Below the pieces are notes generated by a model. It was given only the letters and a program-made list of their open reading frames with translations. It was not told where the DNA came from and did no database searches. Positions 48,220 to 61,040 of a stretch of 64,000 nt of DNA are shown in pieces. A program made the position numbers and the translations under genes. This DNA is from Hydrolagus colliei. Taxonomy: Eukaryota. Each line of letters opens with the position of its first letter. Position 1 is the stretch's first letter. The DNA lies in NCBI GenBank assembly GCA_035084275.1, contig CM068754.1, positions 12,214,001 to 12,278,000 of the forward strand. The letters run 5' to 3'.

Positions 48220-49059
48220 TAGGGTCCGTCGATATGGAAATTTTCCGATTTAGATATATCGATGAGCTCATATCGAGATATACTGAAATATCTATATTTT
48301 TGGGTTTTTCGTACTGCGCATGCGTGTGCAGTGCGCGCAGCGCGTGCATACTGAGCGCGCGCACATTCGGAGTGCGTGCGCGTTCCGGGTGCGCGCGCAT
48401 TCCGAGCCTATCTCCTCAGGAGGTAAATATCTTTCTCTCTCTGTGTCTCTCACTCTTTCCATCTCTGTGTTTTTCTGTCTGTGTCTCTGTGTCTCTCTCA
48501 CATCCCCCCCATCTCTATCTATCTGTATATTATCACATCCACCCCGTCTCTCCCCACACCCCCACCCCCCGCCGCCATCCCTCTCTCTCTCACCCCCCCA
48601 GCCGTCTCTCTCCCCCTCCCACCCCCAGCCGTCTCTCTCCCCCCCCACCCCACCAGCTGTCTCTTTCCCCCTCCCCCCCGCCGTCTCTCTCCCCCTCACC
48701 CCCCCAGCCGTCTCTCCCCCCCCAACGCCCCCAGCCGTCTGTCTCCCCCTCCCTTGCCCACCCCCAGCCATCTCTCTCCCCCTCTCCCCCCCCCCCAGCC
48801 ATCTCTCTCCCCGCTCCCACCCCTTGCATACCTGTATATTGTATTCGAGGACTATGAATACAATATGGCGGCTTTGCACCTCGGTCCGTGCATTGTGTAT
48901 AGAGATGAGCGTTCTGGGTCTTGTAGTTCAGTGTGCACGCATTCCGATTTTTTACCTCGATATATTGATTTTTCGATATATCGATATTTTGAAATGCCTA
49001 TATCGGCGTATCAATATGAAAATTATATCGGGTTTTAGCCATATATCGATATATCACCG
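48220..49059 (-). mobile_element. Non-autonomous hAT element, longer copy (~840 bp) of the 13402 family
   Basis: Starts TAGGGTCCGTCGATATGGAAATTTTCCGAT, the exact rc of the 13730 end; the other end aligns with 13402-13510; flanked by GTGATCAC on the left and only GATCAC on the right (partial TSD). Confidence 0.88.
48500..48825. repeat. C-rich minisatellite (~CCCCCAGCCGTCTCTCTCCCC)n inside the hAT element
   Basis: About 10 degenerate units read directly. Confidence 0.85.
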
Positions 49060-49689
49060 GATCACTGATTGTATCAAACAGGTGGTTTCTAAATAGAGGT
49101 GGTGTATTATGGAAAATCGGTCAGGACTGTTGCAGGGGGTTGTTTACAGCAGGTGGTTACTGTACAGAGTTGGTTGCTTTCACAGATTTTGACTGTTCGT
49201 AACCTATTGATCGTAATTTAGTACAGTATATCATAAAAAAAAGACTGAACCTGCCCACACCTACTCTATCTCTGAAATGATTCAATTTTCCTTGAACAAT
49301 AACTTGAGCCTGTCAGATTACTTCTATTGTGTAGTGAGATCCAGAAACATTAAACAAGCATGACAGTGTAATGTTGGCAACATTGAGGATCAACACAGTA
49401 AGTTGTGTAAATCGTTAAACCTGTAAATGGAGAGAGCTGCCAAGTGGGTTGCAAATGGAACAGGAGATTGAATTAGGGTTATATTGGTCATATAGAAAAC
49501 AAAACAGAGGCACAAAATTATACTTGGAGATGTTCTGAAATAATACTTTAACTTTTTGGATTAATCCAAGAAAACTGTAATAATGGTACTCATGAAACAC
49601 TAATAATGTCCAAGTAAGACCAAGCTTTCCATTAGGACTTTGGCTCAAATGATTGTAGAAAGTAGTTTTTGATATTCTGAAATAAAAGC

Positions 49690-49913
49690 AACAGCAACAA
49701 AAACAAAATGACACTTATATAGGGCCTTTCACGTTAGGAGGACGTTCCAAGGCGCTGGACAGTTACTGTTTCAAAGCCGAGCTGGGTAGAGGGGTGGAAG
49801 AAGTGAAGGGGGGGTGGGGGGGATTAGGAGTTGCCGATGGGTCCATCGAAGAGGAGTGTCTTGAAGCAAGACTTGAAGGAGGCCAGAGACTGCGGGATGG
49901 AGTTCCAGAGTTT
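49690..49913 (-). mobile_element. L2 LINE 3' end
   Basis: Minus-strand translation KLWNSIPQSLASFKSCFKTLLFD (L2 LWNSLP...SFK..LKT.LF motif), then UTR and tail. Confidence 0.82.
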
Positions 49914-51729
49914 TACATCCAGATAGCAGGTTGATGAAACTCGTAGATATAAAATAATTAACGATTGAAATGTTAATATCAGATTCATGGAATGCTTTGT
50001 TAACCCTGCTGCTGTGACTGGCATGTCTGTTCCTAGTTGTATTGTGAGCTGCCTATTGAAATTTCCAAATTTCTCATTGGGAATGTTTTTTACACTGATT
50101 CTTCAGGAATTAGAAACGGAGAAAAAAAATTGACAAAGTACTAAAGTCAGTACAATTTAGAAGTAACCTGTTTAAATCTGTTAATTCCCCATTGAAATAC
50201 AATACTCAATATCAATTAACGATGACTCCTAAATTAAAGACCATCTTAGAACTGATAAACCTGTCATATATGTGGCCAACTGATGAAGGAATCTTTAGAA
50301 ACATAACCATAGTAATGTAAAGCACACATTTTAATTACTATACAACATAGCTGTTCCAAAGTTTGTCAAGTAGTGCTTACTGTGATTAGATAATAATGTA
50401 CTTCTTTTGAGTTTTGCCAAGTTAATTGCATTTTACTTTAGAATCACAAATAATGAACTCTTTCAGGACTCTTGTAAAAAAATAAAAGAAACGATTTGGT
50501 GGAAAGAATAATCGCATGAGTATAGCATGTATGCTTACAAGGAATACAATCTCAGCATTATTATTCAGATAATTAAAATAAGTTATCCATCATTTGTACA
50601 TAATGTTTTTTTCACCTTTCATAATTCAAATGAGCTTTATTTAAATTGGAAATTTATTTTAATTTAATGAGCCTGATTGAAGTGCTTCTGAATAAATGTT
50701 ATAGTAATTAAATAACATTTCTCTGCATTTATATTTTTATATCTTGCTTCAACATTTATTGAAATGTACACCAAGTGACATTTTCAGATTGATTGTCAGT
50801 GAGTGCTACCCGCAAGAGCAAGCATCATTATTTTCTTGTTGGTATTACCTTAAAATGATGTATAATTATGCAGCCATACTTAATAAATTTCCTCTCAAAA
50901 TGAAAAGCCCTTTGTACTACATTTTATAAACAAGAATATACCCAAAGACATACCACGTTTGTTATATTAGATGGTGAAAATGCAAGTGTGCGCCTGCCTT
51001 GAGGCAATGATTTTAGGTTAAGTCGAGGTGAACCAGAACTAATATGCGAATTGCTACTAACTTGCTCCGTCATTGCCAGTATATTGAGCAATGCTGAAGT
51101 GAAGAAGAAAGAGCATGAACCACTATATGTGGTGCACTCTGTAGATTCTCCCTTAAAGCAATGGAAAAGTCTCTCTTGGGTCATTACTTTTGCCTTCTGG
51201 CTTCCTGTAACTCTGAGAATAGGAAGCAATAAGCGAAGACAATAATGAACAAACAATGTGGGATCCTTCAGTCTGAGGGCTCAAATACACCTCGTGTGGC
51301 CAATTGCAATGGGATTCTCATGCAAACTATTTCGGAAAAACAAAAGACTTCATCTACTTTGTCATTCCCCAGGATTAAGTTATTTCAGTTGCTTTCTGTG
51401 TGAATATTTACCATGGGATTCATCTCTGCACTAAGCTTGATTGATCACAGTTTGTTCTCAGAGGGTCAGGCCAGCAGCAGTGGCAAATCACACAATTCTG
51501 CTTTGTAAACTAAAGATCAGGTAACAAAACCAAATGGGCATGGTAAATCACTTTTATAGCATAATGAGTAGTAATTGCTACCTAACTGTAAAATAATTAA
51601 TAAAAATGGTTCCATCACCAATAAGCTTATACGTGTTTGTGATTTGCTTGTCTTTTGCATATGCTGATGTTACTAATACCCAGCTAGCTGTACTGGATGT
51701 TTGGCATTGTTCGGCGCTTAAATCTTGTT

Positions 51730-51800
51730 CCAGCTGAGGTCAGCAAATTCAACACGGTTTGCAACTTACAATCGTTTGGTCTGTATGGCTTAGTACCTGT
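51730..51800 (-). mobile_element. Old SINE head relic (LmeSINE1/AmnSINE2-like)
   Basis: CCAGCTGAGGTCAGCAAATTCAACAC...TGGTCTGTATGGCTTAGTACC; family name from memory. Confidence 0.45.
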
Positions 51801-53394
51801 CATGAGGCTGTGAGATGGTGTGAATATTAAATGATTTTAAGAAAAACTTTTGCTAGTCTAATTAAACGGACTATCATGTGTTTGATACAATCATATTTTT
51901 CATTTATGCAAAACTGCTAAAGAAGTTGAAACCAGTTGTGATTTTGTCAATAGAGACTGCGTAGAGCAATATGCCGTGTGTGCTGTGTGAATGTGTTTTT
52001 GCGTAAGGCACTTTAATAATTTATAAATCTCTAACCAGATTTGTGTTTTATTTGCCAACATTTAACTGCCCCTAGCACTGGAATAAGATCAAGTTATTTA
52101 TAACATCTGTGGTTGTGTTTACAGGGGGGAACGTAGAACCAGTGATCTCCAGGCTTGGGCTGTGATGCATTTAAAGTGCAGATTTGAGCCAGAGAACTCT
52201 GGACAATACAAGTGTGAGGTGGGACAGTGTTACAAAAGGGTCAGGTCATCATATTCACATTCTCCGATAACCAACTATGATTGCCTATTACACCATATGG
52301 GAAGACATTGAAAATGTGACAAATTTGTACACGAATCTCCTGCATATGATCAGCGTCTAATGAATCCCAAGTGTAAAACTTGCTGCTGGTTAAGTCATGC
52401 ACTTCATTCATTGAAGCAGATGCTCTTTCAGTGACAGTCTACAACAGTATTATGTAATCCGATGCTCTTTGAAACTGTATAATGGGAGTTTGGCAATGAT
52501 TACAGTGATGCTGAAATCTCTCGGCCAGTTTCTGGCCTACTGTAATTATTGAGCTACAGTTGAAGGGGGTTGGTGTCACCCTATCAACTGGAAATTCCAA
52601 GTTGCATTAGCGCATCTGTTCAAAAACAATGCAATCTTCACTTAGTATTTCTACATGTACCGTACTGTGATATTTGGGGCATTGCATTATTATCATGCAG
52701 GCTAGCGGGTATACAAGAATTGTCGCAACACTGGAACAAGTACAACTTGGTGTTGGTGGCTCTGGGGGGACTATCTTCATACTCTGACAGTATAAAGATG
52801 TTCGGTTCAGCGTCAACAATATTACACATATTACCTTTATTCCAGATATTGGTTCATCTAAGCTTAACAAATGTAAATGTGATTTAAATTGAATTGGTAT
52901 CAACAACTGGTAATTGTCTTGGATCTGAAATATGACCTCAAATTGACACTGGTGTTGCAGTGAATTTGTTGCTCTGAACCAGTAAGATCTTCAAGTAAAT
53001 CCACCTTTTGAGGTTTAGTTTCACACCAGGATTAATTTGGAGGCACTACAGACTTAATGTTCACCAGATGTGTAGATACAAGTGTTTGTTTTATGCCTGC
53101 TTACTAGATCTGTCTCGGATGCAATATATTCTCCCACCCCCATCACCCCTTAATGAAGAAATAGGAAGTGTGTATGAAGAAAGTTATGAAATGTATACAT
53201 ACATCCAAGGTGCACCCACCTATTGGCACACATATCTATTTTTGCACATCTGTGGCTATTTCTACGTATTTTTCCATTGGGATATATGTATCCAAGATTA
53301 CTTAATCTCAATATTAAGTGAGAGAATAAACAGATCCTTAGTTATCTATGGATCTTTAACTTGGCCCACCCCCATAGCACCAAATCACATTGAA

Positions 53395-53547
53395 ATCCCA
53401 TCTTAACACCTGTCTTTTTGACTGCTTTAACTTACCTTCTCCCCTACCTCACCTTCCCCTCCCCAACTTGGGATCCCAGTTTGGGATCCCAGGAGCTGTG
53501 TGAAGCTCCTCCTAATGTGAAAAGCTCTATATAAATTGTTGTTATTG
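53395..53547 (+). mobile_element. L2 3' UTR/tail fragment
   Basis: C-rich tract, then CTCCTCCTAATGTGAAAAGCTCTATATAAATTGTTGTT. Confidence 0.65.
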
Positions 53548-53550
53548 AAA

Positions 53551-53910
53551 CATCTCAAAAAGCTTCACAGAATTTTTTTTCCTGTGTATTTGTCGGTGAA
53601 CGTGGCAAACAGTTTGCATACAGTAATATCTCACAAACAGCTACAAAGAAAAAAATATATAGTTTTAAATGGGGGACTATTGGCCAGAACTTCAGGAAAA
53701 CTCCCCTTATTTTCCAGATAGTCCCATAAAAATATGGAACCACCAAGTATACAGTCATCCACAAAATACAGTCAATTCACTTTACAGTATATTCTGTGAA
53801 GCTTTGGGATGTCTCGGACACATGATAAGGTACTGTATCAAAATGCAATGATTATTATCATGTGATCTTTAAAGTACACCAGAACAGGCAGTCAGGATCT
53901 TGATTTAAGT
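53551..53910 (-). mobile_element. Old DeuSINE relic interrupted by a younger SINE fragment
   Basis: ATTGGCCAGAACTTCAGGAAAACTCCCC..ATAGTCCCAT (to 53727) continues as CATGTGATCTTTAAAGTACACCAGAACAGGCAG after 53858. Confidence 0.6.
53759..53860 (+). mobile_element. SINE 3' fragment
   Basis: ATACAGTCAATTCACTTTACAGTATATTCTGTGAAGCTTTGGGATGTC...AATGCAATGATTATTAT. Confidence 0.87.
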
Positions 53911-56900
53911 TAAAATTAAGCATTCTAAGAAGATGGGGAAATGCTTCAATAATGCTATACAAGGTAAAGCAAGGGTGATCCGTAGTTCACTTCTTTAAGG
54001 AATTTAAATAACACAAAACAAAATCAATGTTTAAAAATGTTTTTGAAGTACACCAATGTTTTCTTGATATTCTGCACTTACACAATGCTGATTGAAACAA
54101 AATCCGGTACTCAGCTTTAATCTTGAGTTATCCTATTACCAACTATCAATCATATAACACATTTGATGGTTGCAGCTTAAATCTTAAAATGTTTACTAAC
54201 TATGCCATATTCCCTTTCTATTGCTGGAGAATTAAAACCCTGACAAGCCTTTGTTCCATTCCATTGGAGATGTAAAAAAACATTCTGAAATGTGCTTCTT
54301 TCAGAAACTTGCGACCTCTGCTTGTGACAGGGCTGCAGTGGTCAACTGCTTTTGTACAATACGTATCCAGAGGAAAAAGAGGAACATTGATGTTAAACAA
54401 GAACGGATTCAGCACTTCAGCTGGTGACTTATAAAAGTCCAATCAAAATCATGCAGTCACACAACATCAACCTAACAAAGGTTAAGTGTCTTGTTAGTGA
54501 AAGCTATGCATTACTCATGATTGTGAGTGCGGTAAAATACAACTTGACTTATTATTTACTTCAAGTTACTTTTAATTGTTAGGAGATTGCTGATGTATAT
54601 TTTACTAATAGCTGTATTCAGGTGTTAGTTCCTCAGAACTTTGCTCTTTATCTTTGCATTTAAACTTTGATGAGGAGATTGACCAACTTCTTTGGGAAGC
54701 TGATGGTGAGAAAGACTTATTTAATGGTGGTTCAGACAATTTAATGGCTTGTTAGACTCGCATTCTTTTACTGGAGGAGTGGATGCAACAAATTTTGCAA
54801 CTGAAAAGCCATCCTCTACCTTTTGTTGTTTGGACCTATAGAAGTCCCATTGTGCTTTTTGCATTGCCTCAAGGGATGCGCAAACAAGCTACAGATCAAT
54901 AGCTGGTCTTTGCAGCTTCTTTTATCATGTGTAGTTAAGACTGAATATTCAAATATACAATGAATATTTTAGGCATCTCCGTGGAATACTGCATTTGTAA
55001 TACAGTCAGTGGATATTTAGAATGAAAGACCGTGAAACGGTTTTATTAAACACAAAGCCATCCCAGTGTTATCAATCATAAAATAATCTTGGTCACTACC
55101 TTCTTTGTTGTACAAAAGCTTTTTTCGCTAGCTTCATTTTAGAAAGCTCATTCCAGTCATAAGCTATTCTCAATGGGGTAGAAAATCTTTTATCACTTGA
55201 GCATCAAGAATACATAGATTGCTGAAATACTAAAATACACACAGAGTTAAATGAAAGTTTAACTAGCAGTACCAATTGATTATGACACATGATTGTCACA
55301 GCAGAAAAGTTAGACTCGGTAAAAGTTTGTAACCTTTGCAACTTTATCAATGTAACTATTGAAATATTTATTTTAACTTTGTCTGGACAGTAAGGCTTAA
55401 CTGAGACTAATTTTCGGCGATTGGGCTCAATTTAACTTACTTGCAAATCTGATTTACAGTTATCTGAATCACTGATTCGGTTGCTTTTGCACAGAAGGTA
55501 GGCTCGAAATTGCACAGAATTTGTTTTTGATGAATGCTTGTGTGGGAATTCACCAAGCAAACCACAAGTGAGAACTTAATTCAAACCAATTCTGCTATGA
55601 GTACACAGGAACTAAAATGGAGTTGGTGGATGCTAAATAAAACAAAATAAACAATCCTTTTAGCGTAGCAGGTCTTTATGTTGTTTCTATGCTAAACTAT
55701 TTGTGCCACTCTTTATCAAATCTGTTGACAGGGGCATATAATTCATCCAGCAGGCTGCTTCAATTCATCTCCTTCAGAAAGGTAACTGAAAATAATTTTA
55801 TTTTATCAGAACTGAATCATACATATTAGCAAGTTGAAAAATTCAACAAATCATGTTATTTCAGGCAGAAATACACTCACAAATAACTACTGTTTGAATC
55901 AGAACAAATGGGTATGTTTTGCAACTTATTCTGAATCATTACTGCAATTGCCCAAAACATAATTCCCTTTAGATGACATGCATCTTATTCTTTGAACTGC
56001 ACAGAATGATTCAATTTATAGCCGTTTCTTTCTATTTTGATCTCTAATACATTTTCGAAATGTGTATTAAGAATGCAAGAAAACAAGCTTTATAGGACAT
56101 GTAATATCAACAATTTTGTTCAACACTGGTGTATGTATTTCAATGTGCTTCTTGTGGTCAGTCCCAGTACTTGCCACCAAAAAATTCCAAATTCTACATT
56201 ATTTCGAATCATTTTAGAATAATTTCTCTGCCTCTTTCTTATGTTACACTTGGAGGTTTGTTTTATCAGAACCATACTCAAACATAGGTCAGATCGAATA
56301 TTTCAGAAACTAGCAGAGTTCATGAACTACTCTACAACTTAGTTTTCAACTGCATCGTGAGTGCCAGTGAAAATAAATCCCTACAACAATGGACTATGAA
56401 TTCTGCGCTGACTGAGCTTGATTTGGCATGCGATAGAAAATGAGTATCTCAGCAGCTTCTATATTTTGGGAAAACTGATAATTCTGCGATCTCACACCTC
56501 AAACTGCAATCCAAATTGCCACGTTAATGAAATTGTTTTTGGCAGCCATTTTAAACACCATCCAATCAACTGCGCAATACTGGCAGAATCTCTCTCTTTC
56601 CCAGAAACAGGATGGCTCACTTAGTGCTGATGAGTTTTATCCAGCTAACGATCAACATTGGCAGAAATTTAACATGGCTATTACACCATTTTTGCAGCTA
56701 TGTTTAATTGAAACACTGATGTTTATTCTTTATAAATGTACACACAACTTAATGATGTCCCAGTTTAGCATGGCATAGAATTGAGATTATTGAGTCCGAT
56801 AAGTCACATATTGGGGTAAAATTAATGGTGTTTCATAATCCGTTTTATATCATATTGAATGGAATATGAGGCAAAGCAAATGTCACCCCATCGTGCATAA

Positions 56901-57273
56901 CTATTAATATCCTAAAAAGATTTGAATAAGATGTTTTTAAAACCAAAGTCACTAACTGATGTTTAGCATCACCTCATATGAATGTACTTAGTGTGCATAC
57001 ATCCAAATAGGTTGATTCAATTGATCATTTGTGGCAAAACTATGCTGGTATTGAAGCATTGTGTTCCTCGGTACACATCAATATAGACTTTGTTTTGTAA
57101 TATATGAGTGGATGATGCCTTTAATTATGATATGGATCCTTGCATGACAAATGCACTTTGGAAGATACATTTATGGAAGATCCAGGTTTACAACCCATTT
57201 ACTGCTCTATTTCAATATAACTCAAATATTAGAAGAATATGTGGATGCCAATTGCAAGTTGTACCTTCAATAA

Positions 57274-57585
57274 AATAATAATAATAATCCTTGCATTTGA
57301 TATAGCGCTTTTCACATCTTATCCACATCCCAAAGCGCTTCACAGAATATACTGTAAAGTGAATTGACTGTATATTTATGGGCAAATCGTGGCAGCCAAT
57401 TGTGCAAACAGTCGTGGATTGAAATTGCCAATTTTATTATTGTGGTTTTTTGGACGGATTATTATTAGGCGTGGAGTAAGGAAACTTGCCCAATGTTTTG
57501 GTCTGACCTGCCTGGACTTGAACACAGGTCTCCCCAGCTTGGTCTCCCCAGCTTGCAAGACAAATGCTCTAAACACTAAGTTACA
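57274..57585 (-). mobile_element. tRNA-derived SINE, subfamily with 14-bp head duplication
   Basis: Tail, body and head in rc; GTCTCCCCAGCTTG occurs twice at 57528-57555. Confidence 0.93.
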
Positions 57586-57834
57586 TGTGGTACATACTTT
57601 TATGTACTACATGTATATAAAAGTAAATGTACAGTTGTTCTCATTTAGAATAATTGGAAAGCTTGCAATGCAATTGAAAGTATGGTATAAATAAGACAAA
57701 GGCATGCTGTTGAGAAGAACCTTTACAGCACATGCAAACATTGCTTCATATTTATGTGTAAAAGGCTTTTCTATTCATGTCCCTATGTAGTTTCTTCAGT
57801 TTTCATGGTTGTATGTGCTTTCCATTGAATCTCA

Positions 57835-58128
57835 GAGTCCTGTAGCTCAGTGGTTAGAGCACTCTCCCTATAAGCAAGAGACCCAGGCAGGGCGAAACTC
57901 TGGGCAAGTTTCCTTACTCCACATGCCTAATAATAATCCCTCCCCCCAAAAAAAATTGGTAATTTCAATCCACAACTGTTTGTGGGACACTGCTGTGGGC
58001 AATTGGCTGCCGCATTTCGCCCACAAATATACAGTCAATTCACTTTACAGTATATTCTATGAAGCACTTTGAGAGGTCTAGAAGATGTGAAAAGCGCCAA
58101 ATCAAATGTAAGGATTATTATTATTATT
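57835..58128 (+). mobile_element. tRNA-derived SINE, B box deleted
   Basis: GAGTCCTGTAGCTCAGTGGTTAGAGCACTC head, body and (ATT)n tail. Confidence 0.93.
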
Positions 58129-58669
58129 TTGAGAAAATTGGACAGTGCTTTTTTTTCTTGTTCTTTTCCATAACAGTTCTAATTTTGCTGCATAAGTTTT
58201 CGCTAAATAACTTTCAGTGGTTACATGATATTACAAAATGATTTCCTTTTGGTGACATCTTTCTCACGCTCAACTGTTGATGAGTTTTTAGAGAAATTAT
58301 ATCTATGTTATTGTTGCTGCTCCAATAACATCTGTGGATTGAATGCTAAATCTAGATTGATGTATTGGATTTCACCATAAACATGACCCAGAAACGTTCC
58401 CCCAATTTGGTAAGGCCATTGCCTGTTGTGAAACTCCAGGGGTTAAAATAATGTTTAACTAGAATTTTAAAGAAAAGCTATTACTATTATCTGCAATTAC
58501 ATGGCTTATGCAACCATGTCTGAAGCTTCGTTTTATTGGGTATAAAATCCCAATCCTCCATTTGAACTATGCGGAGAAATGTCTTCCTTTAGTGTCATAC
58601 AAACCTAAATCATTATAAGGTAACATGATCCACCTGAAAACAAAATGTTAACAAGATCTATAATTAATA

Positions 58670-58990
58670 CAGGGCAGCTCTATTATAATCCCAATTTCTC
58701 AATTTCAATTTATCTTTCCTTATATCCTGTGGATGCTTGATTGGAAGTTCCATACACCCAGCTCATGGAATGATCAATGGTGCTGATCAAGTCATTGCTA
58801 ATGTCACTTCCTGTGTGATTTGTGCTATGCACAGGAAACACCACTGATGCCACTTTGCACAGAAAGTGATGTCAGTGGCGACCTGACAACTTGAAAGTTT
58901 GTTATTGTTTCATGCTTTTCTTATACTTTTTCTTATACTGCATATTCTTATATTGGATCCACGTTATTGTGTTAAAACGGGGCTAACCTG
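58670..58990. mobile_element. Old TA-flanked Tigger-like MITE
   Basis: ta|CAGGGCAGCTCTATTATAA ... rc CAGGTTAGCCCCGTTTTAA|ta, degenerate TIRs. Confidence 0.5.
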
Positions 58991-59149
58991 TATTAGTCCA
59001 GCACTGATGATGCATGAGATTTAAGGAGTATATATCTTTCTATATAATCTATATACATACATCGCATTTTGAAAATAGCCCAGAATTGCCAAAGAAGAAG
59101 GAGGCACCAGCACAAAATATGATTGTGAGATACAGAATTGGGGGATAAA

Positions 59150-59262
59150 AGTTCATGTGTTCAATTCCCTGGTCTTTGCTGCATTAGCAGACTCAATTCG
59201 ATCATCGGTGCTATAATTAGTCTCTATTCCAATGGACCATAACTGAGAATGGGAATGATCAG
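59150..59262 (+). mobile_element. Old SINE relic (LmeSINE1/AmnSINE2-like)
   Basis: GTTCAATTCCCTGGTCTTTGCTGCATTAGCAGACTCA (B box plus downstream), complementary in layout to 51730-51800. Confidence 0.45.
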
Positions 59263-61040
59263 AAAACATGCAAATTATTATCTTAATGTGAAATGCACAA
59301 TTTCTTTAATCTTAAAGGTGCAAATGGAGGAGTTGGCATAATGCTGTAAATTAGTTAGCAGCCCTGAAAATCTCTTGTAATTCTGGGTGAGAAAACATAC
59401 AGATTGAACTATACGAATGCTTTTTTCTGGGCTTGTTTCTCTGATTTGAGAGGTTATTTATCTAGCCCCCTGTCAGGTTACTGAGAATACTAATATCTTA
59501 ATAACATGTTCATTCTGGAAACAATCGCTATTTCCAACCTGCGGTACATAACAATGCAATCTGTGCCTTTGGTCTATCATAACAATAAACTCAATACAAA
59601 GGGAGAAAACCTTTATTGAGGAGGTGGAAGAGTGGCTAGGATTGCACACAACTGCTGAATAACACGTGATTCTGTGCTGAGTACAGAGGGCTATTAGGTG
59701 AAAAAAGACAACAAAAGTGAAGATGTAAAGAGCTTCATTGGGGTCTAATTACACCATTTGCTAAAAATAGCACTCTTTCCGTTGTGTCTTTATAATGGGG
59801 AATCCCCAGCTCATGTTAGGTTCCAACATTTGCTTCAGAATTTAAGTTCTGGGTTCATTATTTTAAAGTGCTCTTTTTGTGCAGTCTTCCCTTGGGCTAT
59901 TTCATAATGTGTAAAGTTACCTCTTGAATAATAGATTAATTATGAAGCTGGGAGAATTAAAATCCTTGCTTTTATGTGGAATACTCGTCTATTAATTTAC
60001 TTCTAATCTCTTCACTCCTATGGAGAGTAGTTTCAGCCTTCTGTTTGGGTCAAATTGACATTAGATTGGAAATCTCAGTGAGGCTGTAAAAGATGGCTGA
60101 TGTGGGAAATTCACAATGGGGCAGTAGGGGTTCTCTTCTGAAGTAGAGGTTAAAACAAAATGTTGGGATAAGTACAGGGAGCTTTGCTTTGCATCTGGCT
60201 TTGCTATACCTACCCAAGAAATGTTTGGTGTGGAATTACAAAGCATTTCGGATAACGAAGCAAAGACGAGTATGCATCTCACAGTTGCTGTGATTGCTCC
60301 AGAAATTAAGAGAATACCTTTTGTGAGTCTTCCATGCAAAGGATTGCAAGTTCAATTTCTTAACAATATTTGCTTTGCCTATGATTGTTATCAAGGAAAA
60401 AGGTTTAGGGTTTTAAGATTGTTTTTTACGAGAAGATTCATTAGGAATTTTATCGAAAACAAAACAAAAAATGACGTACTGAATTGTGTTATGGTGTATA
60501 TACATTGTACACTAACTACACTGCTCCCTACATAGCTGACAGGATGTGCAAATTACATTCTCTATATGACACAGACAAAGTACACCATCATGCAAGATAA
60601 TAATGCATTACTTCAGTCATATATCTTACATAACTTTATGTTGATTTCACTTGGGCTGAAGACATACCTAGTTCCACAGAACATATCATTACTGTGACTA
60701 TAGAACCAGCTTTTTAGGACATGATTTCTACACAATCTTTGGATATTTAATGCTTTTACTCACTGACTGGGTAATTGAATTCCAGTACACGACCAGGTGC
60801 AGAGTGCTCTAGTACTGTATATACTGTTTATGTCAAATTGGTTAACAAGTATCACTAGTTTAATACAGGATTATTCTGTACCTGGTCCGCAGATCACTTG
60901 TGATGTTTCAAGAGTTTTATGGTAATCACTGCTTTCCTAAGTGATGCTGGAGGAATATGACCAGGCAGAGATGTAAGACATATTAGTAAAATCGTCTCCA
61001 ACCAAACAGTCATGTTCACACTGGGAGGATGTACCAAAGG

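Larger units (their letters stand above)
47897..49195. mobile_element. Old Tigger-like MITE, split by a hAT insertion
   Basis: Left end ta|AAGTCAAACCTGTTTTCAGCAAACAC; right end rc CAGTCAAAATCTGTGAAAGCAACCAAC; subterminal AGGTGGT repeats at 49080-49170. Confidence 0.55.

Noticed and set aside
48188-49096. ORFs of 185-258 aa in several frames
   Set aside because: Produced by a stop-free C-rich minisatellite inside the hAT element; no transposase motifs.
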